Shown here: in pieces, positions 1 to 10,548 of the stretch | Layout of the letters: each line of letters begins with the position of its first letter | Position numbering within the stretch: position 1 is the stretch's first letter | Assembly: GCA_965242585.1 (NCBI GenBank) | Contig: OZ251460.1 | Span: forward strand, 1,090,614 to 1,154,613 | Length of the DNA: 64,000 bases | Source of the DNA: Limisphaerales bacterium | GTDB lineage: Bacteria; Verrucomicrobiota; Verrucomicrobiia; Limisphaerales; AAA164-E04 | Reading direction: 5' to 3' | Position numbers and translations under genes: made by a program | The notes under the pieces: generated by a model | Database searches by the model: none | Told to the model about the DNA's origin: nothing | The model's input: the letters and a program-made list of their open reading frames with translations, nothing else

Positions 1-125
1 TTTAGCGTAATGAAGAGGCTCGGGCGAATCTTCCAAAACTTTACAGATAGCCTCCCTCCAAGTCATGTCTTTTCTAGCCATAGTGATCGCAAGTTAATTA
101 TTCTTTTTGTTACAAGATCAATTTG

Positions 126-1124
126 TTACTTCAACTCATGGTCGGCAGGCTTGAAACCTTTTTTGTAGGTGCCAAATCCGTAGAAGGTGGGATTGTAGGT
201 GCCAACGTAGTCGACGTTGCTCTTTTTGGGGATGCGGTCTTCCATTTCCAATGCCCAGTAGCAGGCGTTGACAAGGAGACGGCGGAGGTCTTCGCTGAGC
301 AAGTCAACGGAAGCGCCCATAGTGGTGCAGAAGATGCGGTTGGGATTGCCGGACTTGCCGGTGTATGTCCGGGTCCAGGCGAGGGGCATGAGGGATGTTT
401 CCAGTTTGACCGGATCGGTCGGTTTCATGCCGGTCAGCGTGGCTCCGTAGAGGAGAACTTGGGCTGTAGGTTCGAGGTTGCGGATGCCGTAAACATCCGA
501 AGTTCCGAAGACGTCGGTGACGCCTTTGAGAATGGGATGATTTTGGTGCATGCCGTTGACGAGTCCGCGAGTGGCTTCTCTTTTGTGACGGCCGTGATGG
601 TTGATCCAGGTTTCGCCGAGGACTTGTTGGCCGAAACCGCCCGGCCAGGTTCTGGAGCGGTGATCGTAATGCGCGTAAGGGCCGGTTCGGTTGCGTTTCA
701 TGTTAAACGCGTGAGTGGCGGTGCGAAGCCCGATAATGGGTTTGCCAGATTCAAGGTAATTCTCAAAGATTTTCATCTGTTCGTCGTTGGGTTCGCGGAA
801 TCGGTAGAAGATGATCAACAAATCGGCATCGGCAATCTGTTCAAATCCCGGCAGATTTGTCTGGTTGTCGGGATCGATGTTTCCCGTGTCCGGGTCAATG
901 GCGAAGAGAACGGTGCATTTGAATCCGTGGCGTTTGGCTAGGATTTTACCCATCATAGGCATTCCTTCTTCGGATCGATATTCTTCGTCTCCGGTCAGAA
1001 AAACGATATGTTTCCCTTTTTCATTCCCCTTGTCTCCTTCATAGACGACCCAATCTTTTGCGAAGACAAAAACAGCGTTTGGCAACAAGGCCATAACCAG
1101 GCAAGCAGTGTAAAAATATTTCAT
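126..1124 (-). CDS. ThuA-like (trehalose utilisation) domain protein, secreted
   Basis: Signal peptide; motifs GKHIVFLTGDEEYRSEE, GKPIIGLRTATHAF, PLAWTR and FCTTMG typical of PVC ThuA-like proteins. Confidence 0.75.
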   Translation of the reverse strand: MKYFYTACLVMALLPNAVFVFAKDWVVYEGDKGNEKGKHIVFLTGDEEYRSEEGMPMMGKILAKRHGFKCTVLFAIDPDTGNIDPDNQTNLPGFEQIADADLLIIFYRFREPNDEQMKIFENYLESGKPIIGLRTATHAFNMKRNRTGPYAHYDHRSRTWPGGFGQQVLGETWINHHGRHKREATRGLVNGMHQNHPILKGVTDVFGTSDVYGIRNLEPTAQVLLYGATLTGMKPTDPVKLETSLMPLAWTRTYTGKSGNPNRIFCTTMGASVDLLSEDLRRLLVNACYWALEMEDRIPKKSNVDYVGTYNPTFYGFGTYKKGFKPADHELK

Positions 1125-1417
1125 AAGATTTTGCGATTATAGTTATTCTCGGCGATGTAGATAAGATTATGGCTCCATCCGACAGATAAAGTCAACCCGC
1201 AATTCTCAAAAATCAGAAAATCGTCCTCAGTTTTATCGATAATGTTCTTTCTGTCGATTAAAGACGACCAGCACGAAATTCCCAAAGCCCCTAAACTCAT
1301 TCGTTTTTATATTTACACAGAAACATTGCGGCGCTCTTCCTCCCTAACCAAAAATCCGCCAATGCTTCCGCCAACCAGAAGCGCCGGGGCTTGGAGAGCG
1401 ATTTTCGGCAATCTTTG

Positions 1418-3806
1418 CTAGTTTGTCGGCTTGAGGCGGAGGAAGGATTGGTTGGCGTTGGCCTGAGGCAGAGTGAGGGTCATGTGCGCGGTGCCGTCTT
1501 GGTTGTCTTTCCAAACTAAGCGGTATTCTTCTTCTGGTTGCAAGAGGCGCCATACTCCGCCAACCAAGCGGGAGCTAGCCTCCACCGCGAATGCTCCCGA
1601 CCTGGCTCTGGTCAACGGCATCACCAATTCAAAGCGAACGCCGCCAGAGAACGCGGCCGCCTTGGTCCGACGACTTTCTTTCTTCTCCTTCGCAACGCTC
1701 GCTGTCTGAAATCCTCGGGGTTGCGCTTGGCGGCCGGACAACGCGGGCGCCGGGCGACTTACGATGATAGAGTAAGTTTGGGCCGCGCCATTGGCCGCGA
1801 TTACCGCCAGCGCAATGGGGTTGTCGCCTTCGGTTAAGGCTACCTGATGACCGGCAGTGGTGGTGGCGGCATCCTCGCCCCAAATCACCACCTGCGCCTT
1901 GTCGTGTTTGGCTGTGGCCGTCAAGGTGACCGCAGTGGTGGTGGCCGCTACCGTAGCTCGGTAAAGCGTGGGACGCCCGGTCACCTGCCCAAAAGTGAGG
2001 ACAGGTTTCAATCCTAACGCTCCAAAACTGACATCGCCAGACAAGGCGCGGTGGAGGGTTATAGTGTAAGTGCGGCTGCTTCGGTTGGGGGCGATCACGG
2101 TGGCCGCAATGGTGTTGTTGCCTTCGGCTAAGGCTACTTGATGGCCGGCAGTGTCGGCGTCGGCGTCGGCCGGCACAATCGCCAACCGAGCATTGGGATC
2201 GCTGGCGACGACCTGCACCGTCGTAGAAAGAGTGAGATGACTCACCGGCGCCGTGTAGTGGGTTGTGTCGCTGGAGAAGTTCAGGGGGATGCCGCTCAAC
2301 GCCAAAGACTGCAAAGCAGCGTCGTTGGACAAGGCGCGGTGGAGGGTTATAGTGTAAGTGCGGCTGCTTCGGTTGGGAGCGGTAAGGGTGATGGTAATGG
2401 GGTTGTTGCCTTCGGCTAAGGCTACTTGATGGCCGGCAGCGTCGGCGTCGGCGTCGGCCGGCAAGATGGACATGGAGGCTTGGGCATGGTTGGCTACGGC
2501 GGTAATAGTCGTCATCGCATTGGTTGCCGCCACGCCGGCCGTGTAACGAAGCCGGCCACTGGAAAAAGCGCCTATGTCGACTCCGCTCAACGCCAAAGCG
2601 CGCAACGTGGCATCTCCGCTCGGCGGCGCATGATAGGCGTATAACTTGTTGGCCGCCGCGTCTATGACCCACATGGTCGTCCCATCCGACCAGAGGTCGG
2701 GAGAATAAGAATTTCCGGCGGCGATTAGGTTATTGAAGTCTTTACTTGGATCGCGGGTTTTATCGGACAACTTGTACGCGTAAATCTTGCTATTCCGGGC
2801 TTCTGCCACCCAGAGAGTCGTCCCGTTCGACCACATGCTTTGCGGCGAGGTGTTTGTCCTATCCAGCGTATTGAAGTCCTGCGCTGGGTTGCGCGAGGTG
2901 ACGAAGGTACCTCTGCGAACGGCGATGGTGTAAGTGCGGGCAAGGCCGCTTGACGGAGTAACGGTGATAGCAATGTCGTTGGCGCCCACCGCTAAGGCCA
3001 CTTGATGCCCTTGACTTGCGCTGTCGGCGTCCGAAGGCGCTATCGACACCACAGCGTTGGTGTGCCAAGCCGCCGCCGCAATCGTGAGGTTGGTGATGGC
3101 GTAAGAAACGGAAACCGTATATCGAGCAATAGCGCCATCAAATCCGGGCGTCAACCCGGCGCCGTCGCTGAGCGTCAAACTGCTCAATACCGCGTCGTTG
3201 GATAAGTGATAGGCGTAAACTTGAGCGTCCGTATAGTCCGCCACCCACATGGTCGTCCCATCCGACCATAAGCCGTGAGGAGCCATATTCCCCGCCGCTT
3301 CCAAAGTGTCAAAGTCTTTGGCCGGATCGCGGCTCTTATCGCTCATTTTATAGGCGTAAATCTTGTCATCTAAAGCGTCCGTCACCCCACATGGTCGTGC
3401 CATCGGACCAAAGATCGCGAGGAGAATTATTTCCGGCAACACTCAGAATGTCAAAGTCCTCGGCGGGATCGCGTTGTTTGGTGGCCAAGTTGTAGGCGTA
3501 AAGTTTATCGTCGTTGGCGTCGGCCACCCATATGGTGGTGCCGTCAGACCAGAGGCCTGAAGGGTTGTTGTTGCCGGCGGCTTTCAAGGTGTCCAAGTCC
3601 TGCGCCGGATTGCGGGAGGTAAAGGTTCCCGTGGCGGCCGCGGCGGCCAAGGGTTGCGTCACCAAGCAAACGGCCAGACTCAGCAGCAAAATCGCCATTG
3701 GGCCGAGCTTGTTTGAAAGCCGGCGGCGATGCCCCTTGATCGCCAAGCCAGAGACATATTCGTTTTGATGCGTCGGAATAGTTGTTTCCATAATTTGAGA
3801 TTTCAT
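1418..3806 (-). pseudogene. Secreted cadherin-like beta-sandwich repeat protein with LWSDGTTMWV blade-like repeats, split by a +1 frameshift
   Basis: ORFs 3366..3866 and 1418..3442 join if one C is removed from the C4 run at 3385-3388; the sister repeat at about 3243 has C3. Restored text is GTTMWVTDALDDKIYAY. Contains four cadherin-like units (GHQVALAEGNN..I.T.APN...RTYTITL). Likely start is the ATG at 3806. May be a sequencing indel. Confidence 0.75.
2040..2463. repeat. 288-bp-period internal repeat (cadherin-like units)
   Basis: gacaaggcgcggtggagggttatagtgtaagtgcggctgcttcggttggg occurs at 2040 and 2328. Confidence 0.85.
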
Positions 3807-3868
3807 TGATGAATGATCTTTTGGTCTTTCAATATCTCCATCTGCTCTTCTTCGGCAAATGGACAAGC

Positions 3869-3913
3869 AATCTGCCTACCGAATACTCCAATGTCAAACT
3901 GTTTCTTCGGTAG
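3869..3913 (-). promoter_or_regulatory. Sigma70-like promoter (TTGACA-N17-CAGATT) with an 8-bp inverted repeat flanking the -35 box
   Basis: tgtcaa at 3892-3897 and aatctg at 3869-3874 on +; ctaccgaa at 3876-3883 pairs with ttcggtag at 3906-3913. Confidence 0.55.
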
Positions 3914-4064
3914 TTTACAAAAAATTCAGGCAAGAAGGTTTTCTATCGCGTTGCGGAAATAGCCTGCGCCTTATAACTTTGTGAAGGAACTTCTCGAATT
4001 CGGATACGACTAGTTGAAGTCTGCCGTTGCTTTTCGGTTGTCTTCCCTGTATAAATAAGGGGAA

Positions 4065-5640
4065 ATGATTTCTTTTGTTTACGGTGCGATTATTCATTGC
4101 GGTGTTCGAAGTGTAGCAGTGCTTGCGGCTGTTTTCTTCGCAACTTTCTCTTTATATGTTCCACTTTTTGCGGCGGCGGAGAAACCTAACGTGATCGTGA
4201 TCATGGCGGATGATCTCGGCTATGGCGATGTATCCTGCTATGGGGCGACAGCGCTTCGAACGCCGAACATCGATCGGTTGGCGGCGGAGGGAATCCGCTT
4301 CACTAGCGGTTATTGCTCGGCATCGACTTGCACGCCGACGCGTTATTCGCTCCTCACAGGCACTTATGCTTTTCGACGACCGGGTACGGGAATTGCGCCG
4401 CCCAATAGCCCTGCTCTTATCCAGCCGGGGACAGAAACTTTGCCTTCTTTGCTTCAAAAGGCAGGCTATCAAGCAGCGGTGATCGGCAAGTGGCATTTAG
4501 GTTTAGGAGGCAAGGAAGGGCCGAATTGGAACGGAGTAATTAAACCAGGTCCTCGCGAGATCGGTTTTGATTATAACTTTTTGTTGCCAACGACAAACGA
4601 TCGTGTGCCGCAGGTTTACGTCGAAAATCACCAAGTACGAAATCTCGACCCTGCCGATCCGTTGTGGGTGGGAAGGAAGAAGCCCAATCCGCAACATCCC
4701 ACCGGTGTCACGCACCGCTCCTCGTTGAAGATGGATTGGTCCCACGGCCACAACGCCACTATTCACAACGGGATTAGCCGCATTGGCTTTTACACAGGCG
4801 GCCATGCGGCAAGGTTTCGCGATGAGGACTTAGCTGACGAATGGGTGAAACGCTCGGTGCAATGGATGGAAAGCCTACGGGAGTCGCCATTTTTCTTGTT
4901 CTTTTCTTCGCATGACCTGCAACGTGCCCCGAATGCCTCACGAACGGTTTCAAGGAAAAACTTCTTTGGGATATCGCGGGGACGCAATTGCGCAACTGGA
5001 TTGGTGTGTGGGAGAGTTGATGAAGACGTTAGATCGACTCGATTTGTCGGAAAAGACTTTGATCGTTTTCTGTTCGGACAACGGGCCGGTTCTGGATGAC
5101 GGCTATCAAGATGAAGCCATTGAGAAAAACGGAGATCATCGTCCGTCCGGCATTTATAGCGGGGGCAAATACAGCATATTAGAAGGAGGCACTCGAACGC
5201 CGTTCATTACGCGCTGGAAAGGGAGAATTCAACCCGGTGTGTCTGATGAAATGGTATGCACGATTGATTTAGCGGCCAGTTTGGCGGCTCTTGTTGGTGT
5301 GTCGATTGACGACGACGCCTGCCTGGACAGTTTCAACGTGCTGGGAGCCTTGCTTGGCAAACCCGACGCCAAGGGACGGGAGCATTTGGTGCAACAGGAC
5401 AACGGGCGCGGAGGGAACTACGGTTTGCGGATGGGCAACTGGAAACTCCAGCGGCATGATTCCCGCAAGGCTCGGAACGTAAATCTTCGGCTCGAAAGCG
5501 TTTCAGTGCCGCAATATCAACTTTTCAATCTTGCGAATGATCCGGGCGAGCGCAACGACGTGTTCGAAAAATACCCGGAAATAGGCGAACGTCTAAAAGA
5601 TCGATTGGCGAAAATAATTGCCGATGGACGAAGCCGTTAA
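4065..5640 (+). pseudogene. Arylsulfatase (formylglycine-dependent), split by a +1 frameshift
   Basis: Motifs PNVIVIMADDLGYGD, CTPTR, GKWHLG and SDNGP. An extra A at about 4921 breaks HDLHVPRMP between ORFs 4065..5099 and 4912..5640. Confidence 0.85.
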
Positions 5641-5891
5641 AAATAGAAAAGAATGTCTTTACTCATATAGATCCATTCTTTTCTTTTTCATATAGGAGGA
5701 GAGAGCGTTGTAAGAAGTTTTTATGCAACTGTAAAAAGTGAAAAAACCGAGATTGTCTTGAACAAAGCATTGCGTATGATCGATGGTTATACCTCTAATT
5801 TGCCATATTCGAATTTGCTTTTTTATTGTTGTCTGTTTGTCTTATTTTGTTCAAGCGAGGTGTCCCAAATGGCGCCTCGTTTTTAGTCTAT

Positions 5892-6239
5892 CTAACCAGT
5901 CAATTGTCTTATAGCCCAAAGGATTGCTATAATTATCGCCCAGAATATTGCAACGGCAATCCAAGAAGTTTCGTCAGATTCTGTGTTAGTAGTTTGTTTT
6001 TTCTGTTCTTTTTTATAGCGTGATTGTTGTTGGTCTCTTCTGCAAGCGTATTTGCAAGTTATTTCGTAGGCTTCGTTGATTTCCTTTGTTTTCTCTTCCG
6101 CTAATTTCCGTCTGCGTTCGTTTTCGTTATGTTTGTCTGGATGCTAGATTATAAGCAAGTCTTTCCAAGCCTGTTTTATTTCTGTTTTTGAAGCGGTTAC
6201 TGGGATTCTTAATACTTCAAATGCTTTAAGTCGATTCAT
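5892..6239 (-). pseudogene. J-domain (DnaJ-like) protein with C-terminal TM helix and an in-frame TAG
   Basis: Manual translation: MNRLKAFEVLRIPVTASKTEIKQAWKDLLII*HPDKHNENERRRKLAEEKTKEINEAYE...SWIAVAIFWAIIIAILWAIRQLTG. The stop at 6144-6146 directly precedes HPD. Confidence 0.8.
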
Positions 6240-6277
6240 TTTATTTTGATTGTAAGGGGAGATTTTTTAAAGAGGCA

Positions 6278-7702
6278 CTAAACGCGGATGCGATCTATGG
6301 GTTGGTGTTCGCGGTTGGTGGGACCTAATTTATCGGTGATGCCCATAGTTGTTAGCATGGTGTTGTAGACGTCAATTCCTTCGGCGGGAACGTCCATGAT
6401 TTGGCCGGTTTTGAAGCGTCCGTTGGCGCTGGTGATGGCATGGAAGACGCCGGAGAGTTCGCGTTTGACGTTGGAGTGTCGTCCGTCGCCGGATTCTGTG
6501 GAGATGGTAATGAGCGAGTTTTCAAGGATGGAGCGTCCGTTCGCTTCCAGAGATTCCGGCTCGTCAAGGAGGTTGAGGAAGTAGGCGACTTCGCGCATTT
6601 TCATGTGGGCGTGCGCCCGGAGCGCTTGGTTGGGTTTGTTTTCGTTGAATTGGTGCCACCATTCGTGGCTGCAACCTTGGGAGCCGGTGGCGTTGAGTTG
6701 GGAGGCGTCGTCAAAGGTGTAGATTTTGCGGCCTTGGTAAAAGTAGTCTCCGGTGATTCGGAGGCGTTCTCCGGCGGCGAGGAAGGTTAGAGAGCCGAAG
6801 CGGGCGCGATCCATTTTGATGGCGAGGGCGTAGAGCTCGGCCATTAAACGCCATTCGTGGGTTAGGTCGTCTAGCTTCATGTCAATGCCTTCGCCGCCGG
6901 GGTCGGCTTGGCCGCCGTGGGCAAGTTTGGATCGTGGAGGCAAGGGGGGAGCGTCGTTCATGTATTCCGGCATTTCGTAGGCGCGTTGTTCTAATTCGCG
7001 GATGCGGTCCAGATGGTCGGCAAGACGGGATTTTGAGGCGGCGCCAAGGGGGGAGTTGGCTCCGGCGTAGTGTTTGTATTGTTCCATTACGGAATCTAGC
7101 ACGCTGCGTTTGAGTCGTTTTTGACGGGTTTCGGCGTTGCCATTTCCAATTTCAATGGCGCCAAAAACTCGGTCGAACAGTTCTCGGGGTCTTTCTTGCA
7201 TGGCGGCGGCGACGGTTCCGTCTTCGTTGTAGCTGTGAACGTAGCGGCTGACTCGGCTCCGCCGGAAGAAGGTTCCTCCGATGAGAGTTGGCACCATGCC
7301 GGCGGGAAGGCCGTTTGGGTGGTAGTGTTTGCGGATTACTTGATCGATGGAGGGTCCTCCGGCTTTGGCCTCGCCGTCGGGCGGTTCGGCGGTAAAAGCG
7401 CCGGATGCGCCGTCGAAGTGAGCGTTGATGCCGGATTCGTCGCATCGGATTTGGTCGATGTTTCGCATGATGAGCAGTTTCCGGCGGAGCGGTTTCAGCG
7501 GTTCGAGCACGTTGTCGAATCCTTCTGTTTGAAGTGGCGCCGGGATGCCGAGCCCGAAGAAAACGTTGAAGGCGCGGACGGGGACGTCGGTTTGGCTGGC
7601 GAGCGTTTTGGCGGACAGCATTTCTTCCAGAAAGGGAAGTCCGATAGTGACGGATCCCAATCCCTTGAGCATAGTGCGACGGCTGATGTGCGTGGTTCTC
7701 AT
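6278..7702 (-). CDS. DUF1552 domain protein (Tat-like N-terminus)
   Basis: ISRRTMLKGLG..IGLPFLEEM, PSIDQVI and SVLD..RLADHLDRIRELE motifs; adjacent to a DUF1592 gene. Confidence 0.85.
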   Translation of the reverse strand: MRTTHISRRTMLKGLGSVTIGLPFLEEMLSAKTLASQTDVPVRAFNVFFGLGIPAPLQTEGFDNVLEPLKPLRRKLLIMRNIDQIRCDESGINAHFDGASGAFTAEPPDGEAKAGGPSIDQVIRKHYHPNGLPAGMVPTLIGGTFFRRSRVSRYVHSYNEDGTVAAAMQERPRELFDRVFGAIEIGNGNAETRQKRLKRSVLDSVMEQYKHYAGANSPLGAASKSRLADHLDRIRELEQRAYEMPEYMNDAPPLPPRSKLAHGGQADPGGEGIDMKLDDLTHEWRLMAELYALAIKMDRARFGSLTFLAAGERLRITGDYFYQGRKIYTFDDASQLNATGSQGCSHEWWHQFNENKPNQALRAHAHMKMREVAYFLNLLDEPESLEANGRSILENSLITISTESGDGRHSNVKRELSGVFHAITSANGRFKTGQIMDVPAEGIDVYNTMLTTMGITDKLGPTNREHQPIDRIRV

Positions 7703-10362
7703 TAGTTTGCTTCTGTAAGAGTGGTTTGAACGAATTCGCTTTTGACGATCTCGGTGATTAAACTTTGGTAAGTGCCTCTGTTTTTCTGCGCTTTTTGGTG
7801 GATTTTGTCAACTTCTTCGGAGTCCGCAAAAACCAGAGGCCGGCCGATGGCAAATTGGGTCAGTTTCCAGGTCAAAGATTCTCGCAAACGTTCGCTATTG
7901 GCCAGAATTTGCATGAGTTCTTCGGAGGAATTGTAGCTTGCAGTTTTGGCGGCGCCGGGAAACAGAATTTCGCCGTCGTCGCGGAGTTTGTTTCCGTGTT
8001 CGTCGGTTTCGCGGTAAGCGCCGATGCCGTCGAATTTTTCCAGACCGAAGGCGAGCGGTTCGAATTTGCCGTGGCATCCGCCGCATTGAACATTGGCGAT
8101 GCGTTGCTCGGCGATGGCGCGTTGGGTCAAGCCGGGACGGGAGGGAACCGGGGTTGTGTCCACGCAAGGCGGCGGGTCTTTGACGACGCCGCGCAGCAAG
8201 TCATGCAGGATGAATAGGCCGCGGGAAACCATGGAGGCTTCGTCGCCGCCAACGGTCAAAACGCTTCCGTGAGTCAGCAATCCGCCGCGGCCGGGTTGCT
8301 TGGAGAGATGGTAGCGGGCCAACGGAATCTCTTTTTCTATTGCGGGAAGATTGTAGTGAGCGGCGAGTTTTGGCGTGGCGTAGGTAAATTGGGCGTCGAA
8401 GAGGTTGTGCAACGGGCGTTTCTGCTTCCAAACGATGTCTTCAAAATACGCCAGTGTTTCTTGTCGCATGTCGATAGCGAGTTGATGTTCCCAGTTGGGA
8501 AACTTTTCGGCGTTGGGTTGAAGGTTGTTCAAGCGGTCAAGATGCAGCCACTGTGCGATAAAGTCTTTGGATCGGCGGATGGATCGCGGGTCTCGGAGCA
8601 TGCGGGCAATCTGCTCGTCCAGTCCGGAATCGGAGAACAAGGCGCCGGATTCAGCGGCTTTGAGGAGGAATTGGTCGGGAGGAGCGCCCCAAAGAATGTA
8701 GCTGATGCGGGAGGCCAACTCGTGTTCGGTGACCGGCCATCGAGTTCCGTCGCCTCGCTGATTCTCTATGCGATATAAGAAACGTGGCGATTGGAGCATG
8801 GCATTGATAATGAGTCCGACGGCTTCCTTGAAATCGCCTCCCGCAGCGGCTGCGGTGGTCGACAGGCCTCGATAGAGCGTAACTTCGTGAGACTTCAGAG
8901 GGCCGCGAAGTATCCACTTGCCCATTTTGTCAATCAAGCCGCGCATGCTGTCGTCTGTGAGGCGTCGGTTTTTGGAGAAGCGTCCGGCGAATTTTTCGAC
9001 GTCCATTTTGGCGACGATTTTTTCCGCCAACTGCGCGTAGGCGTTCACGTGCTGAAAATCGACGTTGAGGTTGTAGGCGGTGTTGCTAAAACCGTCCGCT
9101 CGAAGGTCTGGCGGAAGCAGGGCGCGCGCTTCGTCGGCAATGTCGACGTCGACAGAGCTGTGGACACTCTCGATGTATTCGGAGACGGTCAGTCGCCGAG
9201 TCCAACTTTCGCCGATGTTTCCGCCGTGAACGAAAACCGCGGGATCGATTACTTCGATCGACCAGCTGGCGCCCCCGTCAATCCATTCCTGAATCCATGC
9301 TTGTTCCGCGGCGGAGAGAGGCTCGCGGTCTTTCGGCATTTCGCCGGTGATTACTGATTCCAACAAGTAACTTTCCGCCGCGTTTCCGGGAACGATCACT
9401 TTTCCGCTACTGCTGCCGGCAAAGGCGGCATCGCGTCGAGAGAGGTCCAGCTTTCCTTTCCGAGTGCCGGCGTCGTGGCATTCGAGGCAGTGTTCCGCCA
9501 GAAGCGGCGCGATTTTGTCCGTGAATAGTTTGGCGTTTGGCGAAGGAGAAGCGGCAGCAAGAGAGGGTTCCGGCGTTTTGGCGTCGGGGCCGGCCTGATA
9601 GTGAGTCTCCACTTCTTTTGGGAAAAGCGCGCGGGCATAGACGGCAACCAAGTGATACGTGCCGAGCCAAGCGCGATCGGCGCCAAATTCATTTCCAAGC
9701 GCAAGGTGAAATTGTCCGTTCCAGTTATAGACGGCGCCGGCGATGGTTTTCTCGGCCGCCTTTTTGCCGTCAAGGTAAAGCCGCGCAAGGCCGGCGCGAT
9801 TGCGGGTATAAACCACGTGGGTCAAGCGGGTGGAGGCTTGTTCCTTTTCTGGGCTCAGCGAGGGACTGCCGTTGTTGCTGGTATTGAGCGTGCGCAAACG
9901 AAAGTCGTATTTGTCGGCCTCTTGGCCGAGCGTGAAGTTCCTCTCGGTGCTGTTTTTGGAAAGCGTGACGATCCGCGCCGGGCCTTTTTGTTCGACGTTG
10001 GCGGGAGTGATCCAGGCTTCGACGGTGATTTCGCCGGAGCGTCGAATCGCTCCGCTGAGTTTATGCGCTGGTTGAACGGATCGAATTTGCGTTGGTTTTT
10101 GCAGTTGAAGGCTGTTTTTGCTCCAACGAACGGCCGCTGGTTTTGGGATATGGAGATTGAGCGCTTGGCCGGCGCCGGAGCGGTCTTGAATCCAGCGGCC
10201 GCTACCTGCGCTGAAGTCGTAAAGCGCTTGCAACCCAGCACGAGTTCGCGTCTCCGCATCTGAAGCGGACACGCCCGCAAAACAAAACAAAACAATCAGC
10301 AAAGTCAGAAAATGCGGACGGAGTGCAACGGACTTCATTCGTTTTTTTGGCATTGAAAACAT
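7702..10362 (-). CDS. LamG + planctomycete cytochrome c + DUF1587/1592/1588/1585 protein
   Basis: LamG (TVEAWITP), CLECH heme motif, RRLTVSEY, ELASRISYILW, RGGLLTHGS and CGGCH; start codon uncertain. Confidence 0.85.
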   Translation of the reverse strand: MFSMPKKRMKSVALRPHFLTLLIVLFCFAGVSASDAETRTRAGLQALYDFSAGSGRWIQDRSGAGQALNLHIPKPAAVRWSKNSLQLQKPTQIRSVQPAHKLSGAIRRSGEITVEAWITPANVEQKGPARIVTLSKNSTERNFTLGQEADKYDFRLRTLNTSNNGSPSLSPEKEQASTRLTHVVYTRNRAGLARLYLDGKKAAEKTIAGAVYNWNGQFHLALGNEFGADRAWLGTYHLVAVYARALFPKEVETHYQAGPDAKTPEPSLAAASPSPNAKLFTDKIAPLLAEHCLECHDAGTRKGKLDLSRRDAAFAGSSSGKVIVPGNAAESYLLESVITGEMPKDREPLSAAEQAWIQEWIDGGASWSIEVIDPAVFVHGGNIGESWTRRLTVSEYIESVHSSVDVDIADEARALLPPDLRADGFSNTAYNLNVDFQHVNAYAQLAEKIVAKMDVEKFAGRFSKNRRLTDDSMRGLIDKMGKWILRGPLKSHEVTLYRGLSTTAAAAGGDFKEAVGLIINAMLQSPRFLYRIENQRGDGTRWPVTEHELASRISYILWGAPPDQFLLKAAESGALFSDSGLDEQIARMLRDPRSIRRSKDFIAQWLHLDRLNNLQPNAEKFPNWEHQLAIDMRQETLAYFEDIVWKQKRPLHNLFDAQFTYATPKLAAHYNLPAIEKEIPLARYHLSKQPGRGGLLTHGSVLTVGGDEASMVSRGLFILHDLLRGVVKDPPPCVDTTPVPSRPGLTQRAIAEQRIANVQCGGCHGKFEPLAFGLEKFDGIGAYRETDEHGNKLRDDGEILFPGAAKTASYNSSEELMQILANSERLRESLTWKLTQFAIGRPLVFADSEEVDKIHQKAQKNRGTYQSLITEIVKSEFVQTTLTEAN

Positions 10363-10548
10363 AGCGGTTTGGAGAAGTCGGCAGGGTTTTAGCGAGTCCA
10401 GTCGCGGTCTTTGAATTTCAGCGACGCCCGCGATCCATTCCGCAAAAGTCGAGTGTTCTCGCATTCCCTCCTTGGGGACAAGCCGGAATGTTGCCGCCGA
10501 GAGAAAACAAAAACGCTGTTTTTCATGGAAATCGTCACTGGTTTTTTT

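Noticed and set aside
123-941. Long + strand ORF, and similar antisense ORFs such as 10411..11307, 11509..12300 and 17266..18033
   Set aside because: Antisense shadows of well-supported minus-strand genes; no recognisable motifs.
6278-10362. DUF1552/DUF1592 pair as a novel system
   Set aside because: Very common gene pair in PVC bacteria, although its function is unknown.
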